NCBI GenBank assembly: GCA_016177405.1 | Contig: JACOVG010000012.1 | Location: forward strand, 5,385-69,384 | Reading direction: 5' to 3' | Length of the DNA stretch: 64,000 nt | From: Candidatus Omnitrophota bacterium | GTDB taxonomy: Bacteria; Omnitrophota; Gorgyraeia; 1-14-0-20-64-10 | Part shown: piece after piece, positions 44,122-55,900 of the stretch | Layout: every line of letters begins with the position of its first letter | How positions within the stretch are numbered: the stretch's first letter is position 1 | The notes under the pieces: model-generated | What the model was told of the DNA's origin: nothing | Seen by the model: the letters and a program-made list of their open reading frames with translations, nothing else | The model's database searches: none | Made by a program: the position numbers and the translations under genes

Positions 44122-45203
44122 TGGGCTGGCTGGCTTTCCTGGTCACCTTGAGCACCATCGTCCTTCTGCACGAGTGGGGCCATTTCATCATGGCCCGCAG
44201 GGTGGGCGTTAGGGTGGAGAGGTTTTCCCTGGGGTTTGGCCCGAAGATCCTGGGCGTCACCCGGGGCGGCACCGAGTATGTGGTGTGCCTGTTTCCGCTG
44301 GGCGGCTACGTGAAGATGGCCGGCGAGGCCATGGACCAGGGCCCGGCCCTTCATCCCTGGGAGTACCGGGCCCGCACCGTGGGAGAGCGGTTCTCGATCG
44401 TACTGGCCGGGCCCCTCATCAACTACGCCCTGGGCTTCCTCCTCTTCTTCGGCATTTATCTCGTCGGGGCGCCGATCCTTTCCGCGAGGATCGGCCAGGT
44501 CCTCCCCGATTATCCCGCCGCGCGAGCCGGCTTGAGGGACGGAGACCGGATTCTCGCGATCAACGGCAAGCCCATGGAAGGCTGGGAGGAAGTCACCCGG
44601 GCCATCCACGGCGAGCGGACCCGGTTGGTTTTGACGATTGAGCGGGACGGCGCCACCCTCACCCAGGCCGTTGAGCCGCGCCTTCAGGAGGCGACGAACA
44701 TCCTCGGGGTCAAGACGCGGATCGGAATGATCGGGATTGTCCCCTCCGAGGAGGTGATCACCCGGCGATACCCCCTGCCGCGGGCCTTGGTCAAAGCGGC
44801 CGACCGGGTCTGGGGCCTCACGTGGCTCACCCTCCAGGCCCTCTGGAGGATCGGCACCGGAGGACTCTCCCTCAAGGAATCGGTCACCGGCCCCATCGGC
44901 ATCTTCTACATCACCTCCTCGGCGGCGGCCCTGGGCTTTTTGTCTTTGCTTCAGCTGACGGCGGTTTTGAGCACCTCGATCGGCTTCTTCAACCTTCTGC
45001 CGATGCCGGTCCTGGACGGGGGGCACCTGGCCTTTCTCTTCATGGAGAAGATACGGGGCAGGCCGGTCAGCCTCCGGGCCCAGGAGGGGATGACGCGGGT
45101 GGGGTTCGGCCTGCTCCTTTTGCTCCTCGTCGTCGTGACCTACAACGATCTGGTGAAGTTCAAGCTGGTGGAGCGGATCTTTCCGTTTTTCGGTGGCAAC
45201 TAG
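44118..45203 (+). CDS. rseP: Site-2 zinc metalloprotease RseP (M50) with PDZ domain
   Basis: HEWGHFIMAR (HExxH), PDZ region, LDGGHL motif. Conserved uppS-cdsA-dxr-rseP-ispG synteny. Confidence 0.9.
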   Translation: MMGWLAFLVTLSTIVLLHEWGHFIMARRVGVRVERFSLGFGPKILGVTRGGTEYVVCLFPLGGYVKMAGEAMDQGPALHPWEYRARTVGERFSIVLAGPLINYALGFLLFFGIYLVGAPILSARIGQVLPDYPAARAGLRDGDRILAINGKPMEGWEEVTRAIHGERTRLVLTIERDGATLTQAVEPRLQEATNILGVKTRIGMIGIVPSEEVITRRYPLPRALVKAADRVWGLTWLTLQALWRIGTGGLSLKESVTGPIGIFYITSSAAALGFLSLLQLTAVLSTSIGFFNLLPMPVLDGGHLAFLFMEKIRGRPVSLRAQEGMTRVGFGLLLLLLVVVTYNDLVKFKLVERIFPFFGGN

Positions 45204-46857
45204 GCGTAAGAGCCGCCCGGTGCGCGTGGGCGGCGTGACGGTAGGCGGCGACGCTCCCCTGGCCGTCCAGTCCATGACCACCACCAACACGCTCGAGGTC
45301 GAAGCGACGGCGCGGCAGACCGCCGCCCTGGCCGCCGCCGGATGCGACATCGTCCGGATCACCACCCAGACCTCGGCCGAGGCCAAGGCCCTGGGGGAGA
45401 TCAAGAAGGTTCTCCGGTCAAGCGGCTCCACCACCCCCCTGGCGGCCGACATCCACTTCAACCCCAAGGCGGCCCTCGCCGCCGCCGACCACGCCGAGAA
45501 GGTGCGGGTCAACCCCGGCAACTTCGCCGACTCCAAGCGTTTTGCCCAACGCGGCTACACCGACGCCGAATATCAGGAGGAGCTTTCCCGGATCGCCCAG
45601 ACCTTCACCCCGCTCGTCGAGAAATGCAAGGCCCTGGGCAGGGCCATCCGGATTGGGACCAACCACGGCTCTCTTTCCGACCGGATCATGAACCGCTTCG
45701 GCGACACGCCCCAGGGGATGGTGGAATCGGCCCTGGAGTATCTCCGGGCGGCCGAGTCCAAGGGTTTTCAGGAGATCATTTTCTCGATGAAGGCCTCCAA
45801 CCCGGTCGTCATGCTGCAGGCCAACCGCCTGCTGGTGGATGCCCTGAACCGGCACGGCACTCCCTATCCCCTGCACCTGGGCGTCACCGAGGCCGGGGAA
45901 GGGGAGGATGCCCGGCTGAAGTCGGCCTTAGGGATAGGCGTCCTCTTGGCCGAGGGGATCGGCGACACGATCCGGGTGTCACTCACCGAAGATCCGGTGA
46001 AGGAAGTGCCGGTGGCCCGGGCCCTGGCCGGCTGGGCCCAAGCCCGCTGGCAAGGGGGGAAGGCGGTACCACCCCCCTTGAGGCCTTTTCATTGGGAGCG
46101 CCACCCGGCCAGCCCGGCCCTCTACGAAACGATCGTCATCGGCGGCCAGGAACCGGTGAAGGTGGGCCTGATGGCCGGCGATTATCCGCATCCGCGCCAG
46201 GCCGGCGGCCGGGAAACTCCTTGTGAGTTTGTTTTGGGGACTGCCCCGGATTCCAAATTCCATATCCTGCAGGCGGAGGAGTTGCTGGCCGAAGGACGCA
46301 AGCTGGCCCGCCAACTGGAGCAAGCGGGGGACAGGCGTCCTATCGTCCTGGTCTGGGATGCCCGGCGCTTCAAACAGGATGACATCGGCTTCCTTATTGA
46401 GGCGGCGGTGCAGATGGGGGGCCTGCTCGTGGATGGGATCGGCGACGCGGTCGTGATCCGCTCAATCCTTCCGGCCCAGCGGGTCCTTCAGCTTGCCTAC
46501 AATCTCCTTCAGGCGGCCCGCCGGCGTTCCTTCAAGACCGAGTACATCGCCTGCCCGGGCTGCGGCCGGACCCTTTTTGATTTGGAGTCCACCACCCAGC
46601 GGATCAAGGCCAGAACCGGCCACCTGAAAGGGGTCAAAATCGCGGTGATGGGCTGTATTGTGAACGGCCCCGGCGAGATGGCCGACGCCGACTTCGGCTA
46701 CGTGGGAGGCTCCCCCGGCACCGTGAACCTTTACGTCGGCAAGGAGATGGTGGAGCGGGCGATCCCCACGGCCCAGGCCGAGGAGCGCCTCATCGCCCTC
46801 ATCCAACACCACGGCAAGTGGGTGGAGCCCGAGAAATCTCACACGTTAAGGTTATAG
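45193..46857 (+). CDS. ispG: 4-hydroxy-3-methylbut-2-enyl diphosphate synthase, long form with inserted domain
   Basis: PVRVGGVTVGGDAPLAVQSMTTT, GCDIVRIT, C-terminal 4Fe-4S region YIACPGCGRT...MGCIVNGPGE. 554 aa, consistent with the insert-containing type. Confidence 0.9.
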   Translation: MATRRKSRPVRVGGVTVGGDAPLAVQSMTTTNTLEVEATARQTAALAAAGCDIVRITTQTSAEAKALGEIKKVLRSSGSTTPLAADIHFNPKAALAAADHAEKVRVNPGNFADSKRFAQRGYTDAEYQEELSRIAQTFTPLVEKCKALGRAIRIGTNHGSLSDRIMNRFGDTPQGMVESALEYLRAAESKGFQEIIFSMKASNPVVMLQANRLLVDALNRHGTPYPLHLGVTEAGEGEDARLKSALGIGVLLAEGIGDTIRVSLTEDPVKEVPVARALAGWAQARWQGGKAVPPPLRPFHWERHPASPALYETIVIGGQEPVKVGLMAGDYPHPRQAGGRETPCEFVLGTAPDSKFHILQAEELLAEGRKLARQLEQAGDRRPIVLVWDARRFKQDDIGFLIEAAVQMGGLLVDGIGDAVVIRSILPAQRVLQLAYNLLQAARRRSFKTEYIACPGCGRTLFDLESTTQRIKARTGHLKGVKIAVMGCIVNGPGEMADADFGYVGGSPGTVNLYVGKEMVERAIPTAQAEERLIALIQHHGKWVEPEKSHTLRL

Positions 46858-46949
46858 ATAGTCAGTAATTTACCTTGTTTTTTTGCCCAGAATCAGCCAT
46901 ACTTTCTGTAAGCTCCGGTAAATCGTCCTAGAGCTGCCGCAGCAACCCT

Positions 46950-49900
46950 ATGAGAACTAACACGTTAGCCGGCCTTGTCCGCCGATTTTTCGCTCTTTGG
47001 CTAATTCTGGCCCTCGCCTGCCCAGCCCCTGCCTACAGCCTCCGCGAATCCCAGGAAGACACCACCCTCGACGAGCTCCCCCGCGCCCTCACCGGCTTGG
47101 AGGAGACTCCATTACCCCTGCCTGCGGCATCCGGCAATGGCGATGAGATTCTCCGAGAGATTGCCGAGGCCAGGCGGTTGGCCGAGGGAAACACCCTTGA
47201 TCAGAATGTAACCACGATAGCCAGCGTGGCAGTTGACGGTTCTGAAAAGAGCATCCGAATGAGCTGGCAGGATGGGACGTGGGAAGATCTTTTCGACTCC
47301 TTCTCGGTAGCCGTCAAGACCTATCCCTTGCTAAGGCCCCTTGTTCCGGGCCCGGAGACAGTAACCGAGCAAGTCAGGCAAAAGATAGAAGAGGCGAAGG
47401 GCCTGGAGATCCCCGTTTTTAAAGGAGACGTCGGAGAGTTTTTCCTTTCTGTCGGGTCCGCGGCGCGGCTAAAAGAAGAACTACTGGTTTTAGGCCGTAA
47501 GCCCCCAAGCCGGCAGGAACTTGATGAGCTTGCGAGCTCTTTGCGGGAGGTGCTTGAAGAACCGCGTTCAGGCCGGACGGCCCGCCAGCGTTTGGACGCC
47601 CTGCGCGCTCAAGCGGGCGAGAAAGAGCGGCGTTCCCTCGAAAAAGCCATCCAAGCGATGGATGAGATGGTCAGGGAGTTTCTTGCCGACAACGAGACCA
47701 TCTGGAAGGCCATCGCCGTCTTAGAAAAGGCGGTCGGCGGCGATTTAAGAAGAGTTCCTGGCGGAGTGGCTGGCGACCTTCTTCGCCCGCTCACCCAAAG
47801 GGCCGGCGATTGGTTTTTATCCGGCCTTCTGCTTCGGGCCCTGCTTCAGGACTCTCCGGGCGAGAAGACGCTGGAGATAGAAAAGATCAAAAAGCGCCTG
47901 GCTCTCATGGAAGAGGAAAAGCGGTCGGTCTTGCGCTACCGGCTTTCCCGCCGCGCCGACGCCCGGGCGCTCCGGGCGGTCTTTTACGATGCCTATCGGC
48001 TGGCATTGTCGGCTGCCCTCGAGGCCTTGACGGAAGAGCTTTCCCAGGCCGACCCTGCCGACGAAGGTAGAGCCGTCGATCTTGAGATAAGAATCTGGCT
48101 GATGGGGTTTGAGGCGCTTCATCTGGTGAAGGAAGAAGCCGCCACCCAGGCGGTTTGGAGCTCCGCCAGAGAGGCCAGGCCAAGCGCCGGCCCCGTTAAC
48201 AACATCCGAAGGATGACTCCCTCGGTCGGCGTTTTGTTCCTCCGCCCCGATGGCACCTTGAGACGGTTTGTCCCAGGCGGCGGCAGCTTCCACGCCCCGC
48301 ACATGGTCGGTTATTTCACGCCCACCCGGTTTGCCCAGTGGTATGAGCCGGGCGACCGGATCTACCTTCTGGCCAACACCTTGACCGGCGCGCTTGCCCT
48401 GGATCAGTTCCGTTCTTATCTGGAATCGGTGAACCATCTCCAGGCGGTCTTCCCCGATCTGCCGACACCCGGTTTGGGGATAGCCACGGAAGGAGGGATC
48501 ACCCTCTACCATCCCAGGGCCTCGGCAGGTGATCCGTCGGGCTGGGAGAGGATCTGCGAGCCCGTCGCTTCCGCCCTCTCCTGCTACATTGAATTCTTCG
48601 ACCAGATGCACAAGGCGATTCTTAACGACGACGATAAATGGCGAAGGAAACTTGCCAGGGGTCAGTTCGGGAATCGATGGCAGAGCGTGGTGCGCGACGC
48701 CTATCCCGAAAAGAAATATCCCGGCCTCCTGGCCCAGGTTGCGAAGGATGTGACCATCCAGTTTGGAAAGAGGATTAGCAACCTGCGCGACGTAAAAAGC
48801 GGCGAGCTGGTTTACGAGATTGGCTTTCTGGAGGGGCAGGTCAATCGGATTGTGGGAGAGCGGATCACGCAGGGCCTTCTGGGAGGTTTTTTCACCGAAG
48901 AGAAGGTGTCCGGCCTGACCGATCGGCCATTCCCCGCGCCGACACCCCCCGGCGCTCCTGCCTCTCCGGCTGTCCCCCCGGCGGAAACTGTTCAGGAATC
49001 TCCCTTTGCCGCCTCCGCGGACGAAAGAGAAGTTTTTCCTGCCGGTCTCCTTCAGGAAGCCCCGCCCCTTACGGATCCCGACCCCGTCCGCCGCTTACTG
49101 GATGAGATGACCGGCCTTGCCTTCGCCGGGGGATATCTCCCGGACATGGTGAGCACGGAGTACGAGGACTTGGAGAGAAGGCAAATCCGCCTTGTCATGG
49201 ATGCCGGAGCATCTCGGGCGTTGCCCTTCCTCTTGGTCAGTCTGGAGTTCCCGGAGACCAAACTCTCCCCCCTTGCGCCGGAGCCCCGCGTAGGCGGTCG
49301 GCCGGTTGAGCGCCTTATCGTGAAGCGGATACGCAAGGAAGAGGCCTCGAGGATCGTGGAGGGCATGCCTGGCGCGGCCGTCTTCAAGGAGGTTATTCCC
49401 AAGGTGCAGCGCCTTTTGGATGCCGATGCCCCTCCCAAGGAGATGGAGGGGCCTGTCAAAGAGCTTCTCCCGGCCCTCGTCAAGTTTCTTGAGCAAGGGG
49501 GTGGCGGCAGAGGGCCTATGGAGCAGGCGGCCCAACGGCTTGAAACCGACCCAGCTTTCCGGGAAGTGATGGAGTTTCTGAAAAGGCGTTTGGACGTCAT
49601 GATGGAGGGGGATCTGCTGAACGAAGAGCTTTGGAGGAAGCGTGGAAAACTGGAGGCCGGTTGGGCGCGAGAGAGGATCGCCGCGTTTCGGAGCCGGCTC
49701 TCCGATCCGCGCATTCAGGCATGCCTGGACTGCGATCTTGAGAAGCTCCCTCTCCAGGGAAAGGTTTCCTACGACTTGGTTGCCGCGCCGGTTGCCGACG
49801 CGGAGGGCGCCGCCAGGCAAGGAGAGCTGCTGGCCCTCATGGAGCGGACAGATCTCAAGGCCCTGCGCCAGAGCTATGTGGAGGCCCTGCGCCTGGCCTG

Positions 49901-52900
49901 CTGGAAGAAGGCCATGGAGCTCCAGAGAGATTTAGAGACCCGGGCCTTGGACTACCGCTTTCAAAGGGAGTCTCTCGTCACCGCCATGCTTGCCCTCACC
50001 CTGGAGACAGGGGCTGTTTTGTCTTCGCTCATGCAGAGTCAGGCCGGCGAGATCCGAGCGAACGAATCGGTCAAGCGGACGCGGCTTGCCACAGGAATCG
50101 GGGTTCTTCTTTTAAATCAGGACAACTCGCCGGCGCGATTTGTCCCAGGCGGCGGGGGAATGGATCTGGTTCACCTGATGGGGACGCACTACAACCGCCA
50201 CTCCATTAGGCCATGGCACGAGAAGGGTCAGAAGATTGTCCTCTGCCAGCTTTCCTTCACCGGCCCCCCCGGCATGGATCAGCTGGCGGCCTTTTTGGAC
50301 GACTGGTTCTATCTTCAAAGAGGTCTGGACGGAAATCCGGAGATCCTTCTCGGGGTGGCGGCGGCAGATGGGGCGATGCGGGTTTATCGGCCCTCCGGTC
50401 CCCGCTTGCCTGCCGAGGATCCGGTGGGGTGGGCCCGGGTTAGAGATCGGGTGGAAACGGTCTATGGGGATCACTACAACAGGTTTATCGACGCCTTCAA
50501 GAAGCTGGAAGGCAGTCCCGAAAAGGGACCGGACGCGGCCCTGTATCGGGAGGCAGGCCTTCACTTCCGCTCAAGACTGCTTGAAGCCCTTCAAGAGAGT
50601 CTGCCGAATCCGATGCCGGAGCAGATCATGGCCAAGATCGAGGATCGTTTTGGCCCGGATTTGGACGAGCTCGCTCAGGACCCGAGGCCCATGAGGGTTT
50701 CCTCTTTGCTGGCCAAGGTAAAGGCGGCTGTTTCAGAGTGCCTGGCGGCCCACCTGATGGAGTCCGACCTCTTCGTCCCGGTGCAGGTGCCTGGGGTCAC
50801 GGGGAGACACAAAGCGGCCGCTGGTGGGGCCCTGCCGGCCGTTGTCAGGGAAATCCTGGAAATGAGAGAAAAGGCGGAGGGCGGATTCTTGGGTCCCAAC
50901 GTCACGGCCGCTTCCGCCAGCAAACTTTCCTGGACCGAGGTGCGGCTCTGGATGAACTGGACCGGTTCCCCTGAATATCCGGGGGGCCCCGTCGTCCTTC
51001 CCTTTGGGTCGCCCGCCATGCGGCCCTTGGCTCCGGATCTTGAATTGCTGGAGCCCGAGGTTCGAGAGGCCATCTCGCGGGGGAAACGTTGGCAGGTGAG
51101 CCGTTTGGGGCGGGATGCCGGGCTCAAGGAGATGCGCGGCAATCCGGCCATTTCCGCGCTGGAGAAGCTCCTCCTGCCTTTTGAGAAGGGGGAGCTGGTT
51201 CAGGAGACAGAAGAGGATTCCAAGGCCGCCGTGAAAGCTGTTAAAGAGAGAGGCGAGTACGCCGCTTGGGAAAAGAGGTTGGCCAGAGATCGCAGCGCCC
51301 CGGAGAAGACAAAATTCAAACAGTGGCTTCGTGAGGAATCCTACAAAGAGCTTGAAAGGATCTTGAGGGAAAAAGAGAGAAAAATCAGGCAGAAACCGCC
51401 TCCCAAGCCGCGGGAGCTTCTCGCGGCCAGCCGGGCGGTTCTGGAATACGTCCCGAACAAGGGCCGGCCTGATTTCCGCGAACGCCCCGATCTGGCGCCG
51501 GCGATTTCCGAGGCCAAGATCCTCTTTGAGAAAATCCTTCGCCTGGCCCAGCGGATCATGCAGGCCAGGGTCTTGCTGGAGAGGGCCGCCCCATCGGGCA
51601 AGGTTCCGGCGGCGCCGGCCATATCCTGCTTGGAGCCGCTGATGGGCGATACGGAAGGCTGGCCCACCGTCTCGATTAAGATGAGACGCCAGCTGGAAAA
51701 TCTGAAGGCCCTTTCCCCCGAGAGCCGGGTGAATCTGGAGGAGATCCTGCAGATCGTTGAAGAGGCCAGGGAAGAGGCGATCACCTGGCACACCTTCTTA
51801 ACTTTCTCCAGGGTTCCCTGGGCTCCCCTGCGCCTGGTGTATTACGACGTCTACAGAAGCGTTCTTTTGGACGAGGTAAAACGGTTGGAGCTCCTCGCGC
51901 CTGAAACGAATGGGCAGGAACTGGAATGGCAAAGCCGCGCCGTCGCGCTGGAAATCATGCACGCGGAGCTGGAAGCGGCCTTCTCCTCCCTCCTGCAGAG
52001 GTGGGCCCGGCCGCCGGAAGAGAAGGAGAGCGATCAATTCACCCACCCGGTGGAGGGATCCGGCCTGCTTGTTCTGGATCAGGCCCTCCGGCCGGTCCGG
52101 TTCATCCCCGGCGGCGGGCAGTTTGTGGGGGTGACGATTCTGGCCCCCTATTACGATCCCATTCGGGTGAAGGAATGGACGGGCGAGGCCGGCCAGGCGG
52201 TCTATCTCTACAACACCGTCTCTGGCTGGCCGGCCGTCGAGTCCCTCGACTATTACTGCGCGGCCGCGCGTCTTTTCTCCGCCATGTATCCCGGGGCGGC
52301 CCTCCCCTGGTTCGGGGTGGCGGCCCCCTCCGGCGTCCGGGTGTACCGGCCCCGAGAGGATCTGGCCTCGCCATCCGGGTTAGGCCGCGCGTACGATCCG
52401 ATCGCCCGGGAGGAGGCCCGCTTTAAGCGGTTTACCATAGGCCTGGACATTCGGTTCCTTAGAATATCGAAAGAGGATATCCGCTTCCTGTTCCTGGCGC
52501 GAGGCCAGTTCCTGGGCGAGCTGGAAAAGGTCTTGAGGGACGTTTTTGACGAAGCAACCGTTCAGGAGATGATGCGAGAGGTTCGGGATCGTTTGGGCCA
52601 ATCCATCGAGGCGCTTGATCCCGACGAGAAGAATCTCGACGCGCTTGGGCTGGCGTTCGCGCGTCTGGTTGTTTCGGTCAGGCGCTTGATTGGGGAGCTG
52701 GCCGCTCCCCATCTGCTGGATGAGCTTTTCGAGGAGGTTCAGGTGGACTGGGAACACCCTGTCCAGCCGCTTGCGATTCCGCCGCCGGCACAGGCGCCGC
52801 CGGAGCAGGCGGTTGAGCGCGAACCCGAGACCACCGCCCCCGCCCCTCTTTTGCTGAAGCTGGACGACCAGGCAGCCGAAGCCGGCCCTCCTCCGCAACC

Positions 52901-55900
52901 GATGCCCGGGGAAGCAGGGGGCAAGCCAGCCAAGGGAAGCAAGGGGCCTCAAGGGGAGGATGTGAAACTGAAGGCGGCGGCCCGTGAGATCGCTTCAAAT
53001 CTGGCAGGTCTGGCAGATGCCGCGGGATTCCGAGGGCGCTGGGTTGAGAGACTGCTGGCCGAGAAAGTTCGCGAGAGACTCAAGGGCAACAACTCCTGGC
53101 AGCCCACCAATGGCATAGAGCCATTCCGGCAGGTATTGGTGCAGGGCCGCGAGAAGCACCACAGGCAGGGGGTTGAGTTGGCCGGGGCGATCGGCAAATG
53201 CAAGACGTCGGAAGAACTGGAACGGCTGAAGGGCCAAGTGGACGGCCTTGGGGACGATGAGGTTGACAAGCTTTATGAAGATAAGAAGCGGAATATAGTC
53301 CACCAGGGCTTGGCCGAGCAGGCGGTAGGAGACCCTGTCTTTCAAGCCTGGTGGCCGCCCAACAGGATTCAGGCGGAAGCTCTTGGTCTTCTTAAGAAAA
53401 ATCCAGGGTGGACTTACGAGGATCTGAAATCGAAACTGCAGAAGATCCGGAAGAGTTGGGAGGAAGAGGCCCGTCAGCGGGAGGAGGCCCGGATGTTAGC
53501 CGCGTCAGAAAGGATTCTTGAGGCGGCAGGGAAAGAGCCCTCTCTTCAGGGACTCGCGCAGGAGAGGCTGGGCGCCCTCGCGGCGGCTTTTCTTAAGGAG
53601 AAACCCAAAGGAACTCCTGCCGACTTTGTTGCGCAGCTTAGGGAGATGATGTCCCAAGAGGGACAGAAGAAGAGAGGGGAGCTCAAGCGGCTCTGCCTTG
53701 GAAAGACGCAAGAAGCAGGGGTCTCTCTGGACTGGATCTTTCCCAGCAATCTCCTGGAGTTGGAGGCGGACGTCTATCTCGACAAAGATTCCTCGCCTAG
53801 CCCGGAGGGTTTTATCGCCCACCTAAAAGAGCTGGCGAAGCAAAGACGTTGGAAGGAACTGCGTGAAATAGGGATTCAAGCAAATGCCAGTGAGCAGTTT
53901 GGCCTTTCGTTCGTACAGATTGAAGAGGAAGCAAGAGGCCACGTCTCTGCAGCACCCTTCACCGACTGGGACCAGGATCAGGGGGCTTTCGTCGAACGCC
54001 TGCGTGAGCGGGCCGCCCAGCTTGGGGAAGAACTAAGAAGAGACCTTATCCGGCGGGTGAGCCAGGCGGTAAGAAGCGCCCTGAACCCTGACTACTGGGG
54101 ATTCGAAGAGGGCTGGCTTGAGGCCCAGGCGGAAAGCTGGCTTACCGCGGTGCCATTATCGTTTGACCCCGACCAGCCGGAGGCCTTCCTCCGCCAGGTG
54201 AAGCTCGAGCGCCTCATTCGGGAGGCCCAGACAGCCCAGGAGCTTACGGAGTTTTCCATTCCTCCCGATGTCGTCCGGCAGGAGGCGGAAAGGCTTCTCG
54301 CTGAACAGGGGATAGAGGAGATAAAGAGAACACCCATCTGGTTCGTTGATCGGCTCTACAAGATTTACGACGCCAAGAAGAGAGAGGAGGAAGCCAAGAA
54401 GAAGGGGTGGGCCGGCCGCGTAGGGAAGGCGACCAGTTCCAAGGAGCTGGCGGAACTTCTGTCACAGCCCGACTTTCCGGAAGAGCTGCGGCCCGTCGCG
54501 GAAAACCGACAACAGCTCTTTCTCCTGGTGGAAACGGCGAGAGAGAGCGCCCTGCTGCGGCAGGCCGGTTTTTCTGACGACGAGCTGATTCAGGAGGCAG
54601 CCCAATTGTTGTCTGGTGGAGAGCCGGTCACGCCGGCCGGTTTTGTAAAGCGCCTTCATAAGATCTGGCGAGAAAGGGAGGCGCTCAAAAGAGCCGAGCG
54701 CATCGAACAACTTCTGGCGGCGGCAAAGGCTGACCCTCCCGAGGGGGGCTGGATCTTCAATGGAGCAGAGCTTCTTGAGCGGGCCACCGGCTTTCTTGAG
54801 TTCTCCGGCGCGCGGGAACCGGTGCCGGCCGACTTCGTGGCCCAACTCAAACAGGAGCAGGCCAGGAAGAAGCTTGAGGCGGAGGAAAAACGGGTGAGAA
54901 CCCTGGTGGAAGCGGCTCAAGCCGCCTCGGACCGCTCCCAGTGGCCTTTTTCAGATGCCGAGCTTGAGGCCATGGTCAGGGTCTTTCCCGGGAATGATCC
55001 CGCGGCTTTTCTAGCCCACCTTCGAAGGAAGATTGAAGAGGAGAGGGTGAGAAAAGAAGAGCAGAAGCGTAGGGAGGAGCAGGCGCGCCTGCAGGGATTT
55101 CTGGAGGGCTTCAACCATATCAATACCGAGAGAGGATGGGGGGTATCGCCAGAGCGCGCGCTGGCCGCCGCCCAATCCCTCCTTCGGGAAAGCCCATCTG
55201 CCACCGTTGATCAGATGGTCGAGCTTCTTGAGCCCGCCAGCCCGGAGCAAGTCCGGCAGGCGCTCTCGGCTTGGAACCAGGCAGCCGATGAAAGGGTGGA
55301 TTTCGGAAACCAAGAAGGCGCTTTCACGATCAGCGCCACAGAGCTCTTGGATCCAAACCTCTGGTATTTGACTTCTCATGCCAGCGTAGGGGTGGAAAGG
55401 ATCGAGCGGACCCTGGAGGCGGCCCGATCAAATCCGGACCCCGAGAAAGGGGTGAAGCGGCTGGCGAGCGTAGAGACCTTCCTCGAAGAATTCGGGCAGG
55501 CCATCAACGACCTCCCGCTGGAGCGGGGGAGGAAATTGGATGGTCTGACCCCCTACAGCGTTTTTAGGGAGCGCTTTATGACGGGCAGCGATACTCCGGC
55601 AACTCGAATGGAAGCAGTCAGGCAGTACTTGGACGTTCTGAAGAATCGGATCCGCACGATAAAACAGACAGCCCTCTTGAGGCGGCTCAAGGAGTATTTG
55701 ACTGGCCGGTGGAGCATCGAAGAGGACAGGGAAGAACCCACCGCGTCGCTCATTTCTCCGGACGCGTTGATTCCATTGTTGGTCGAAGATGTGAACAAGG
55801 GCTGGACCTCTTTGCGGGCGGCGAAACTCCTTGAGGCGGGCAAGACGTTCATCGGGGCCCATCCATGGTATCCGTCGGGTCTGCTGGCCATGAACGTCCA

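Noticed and set aside
46950-47050. Twin-arginine (Tat) signal in giant 3 (LVRRFFALW)
   Set aside because: The RR-x-F motif is present only in giant 3 and not in giants 1 and 2, which otherwise share the same c-region. Tat export of a 3274-aa protein is implausible. Treated as a Sec-type or anchor segment.
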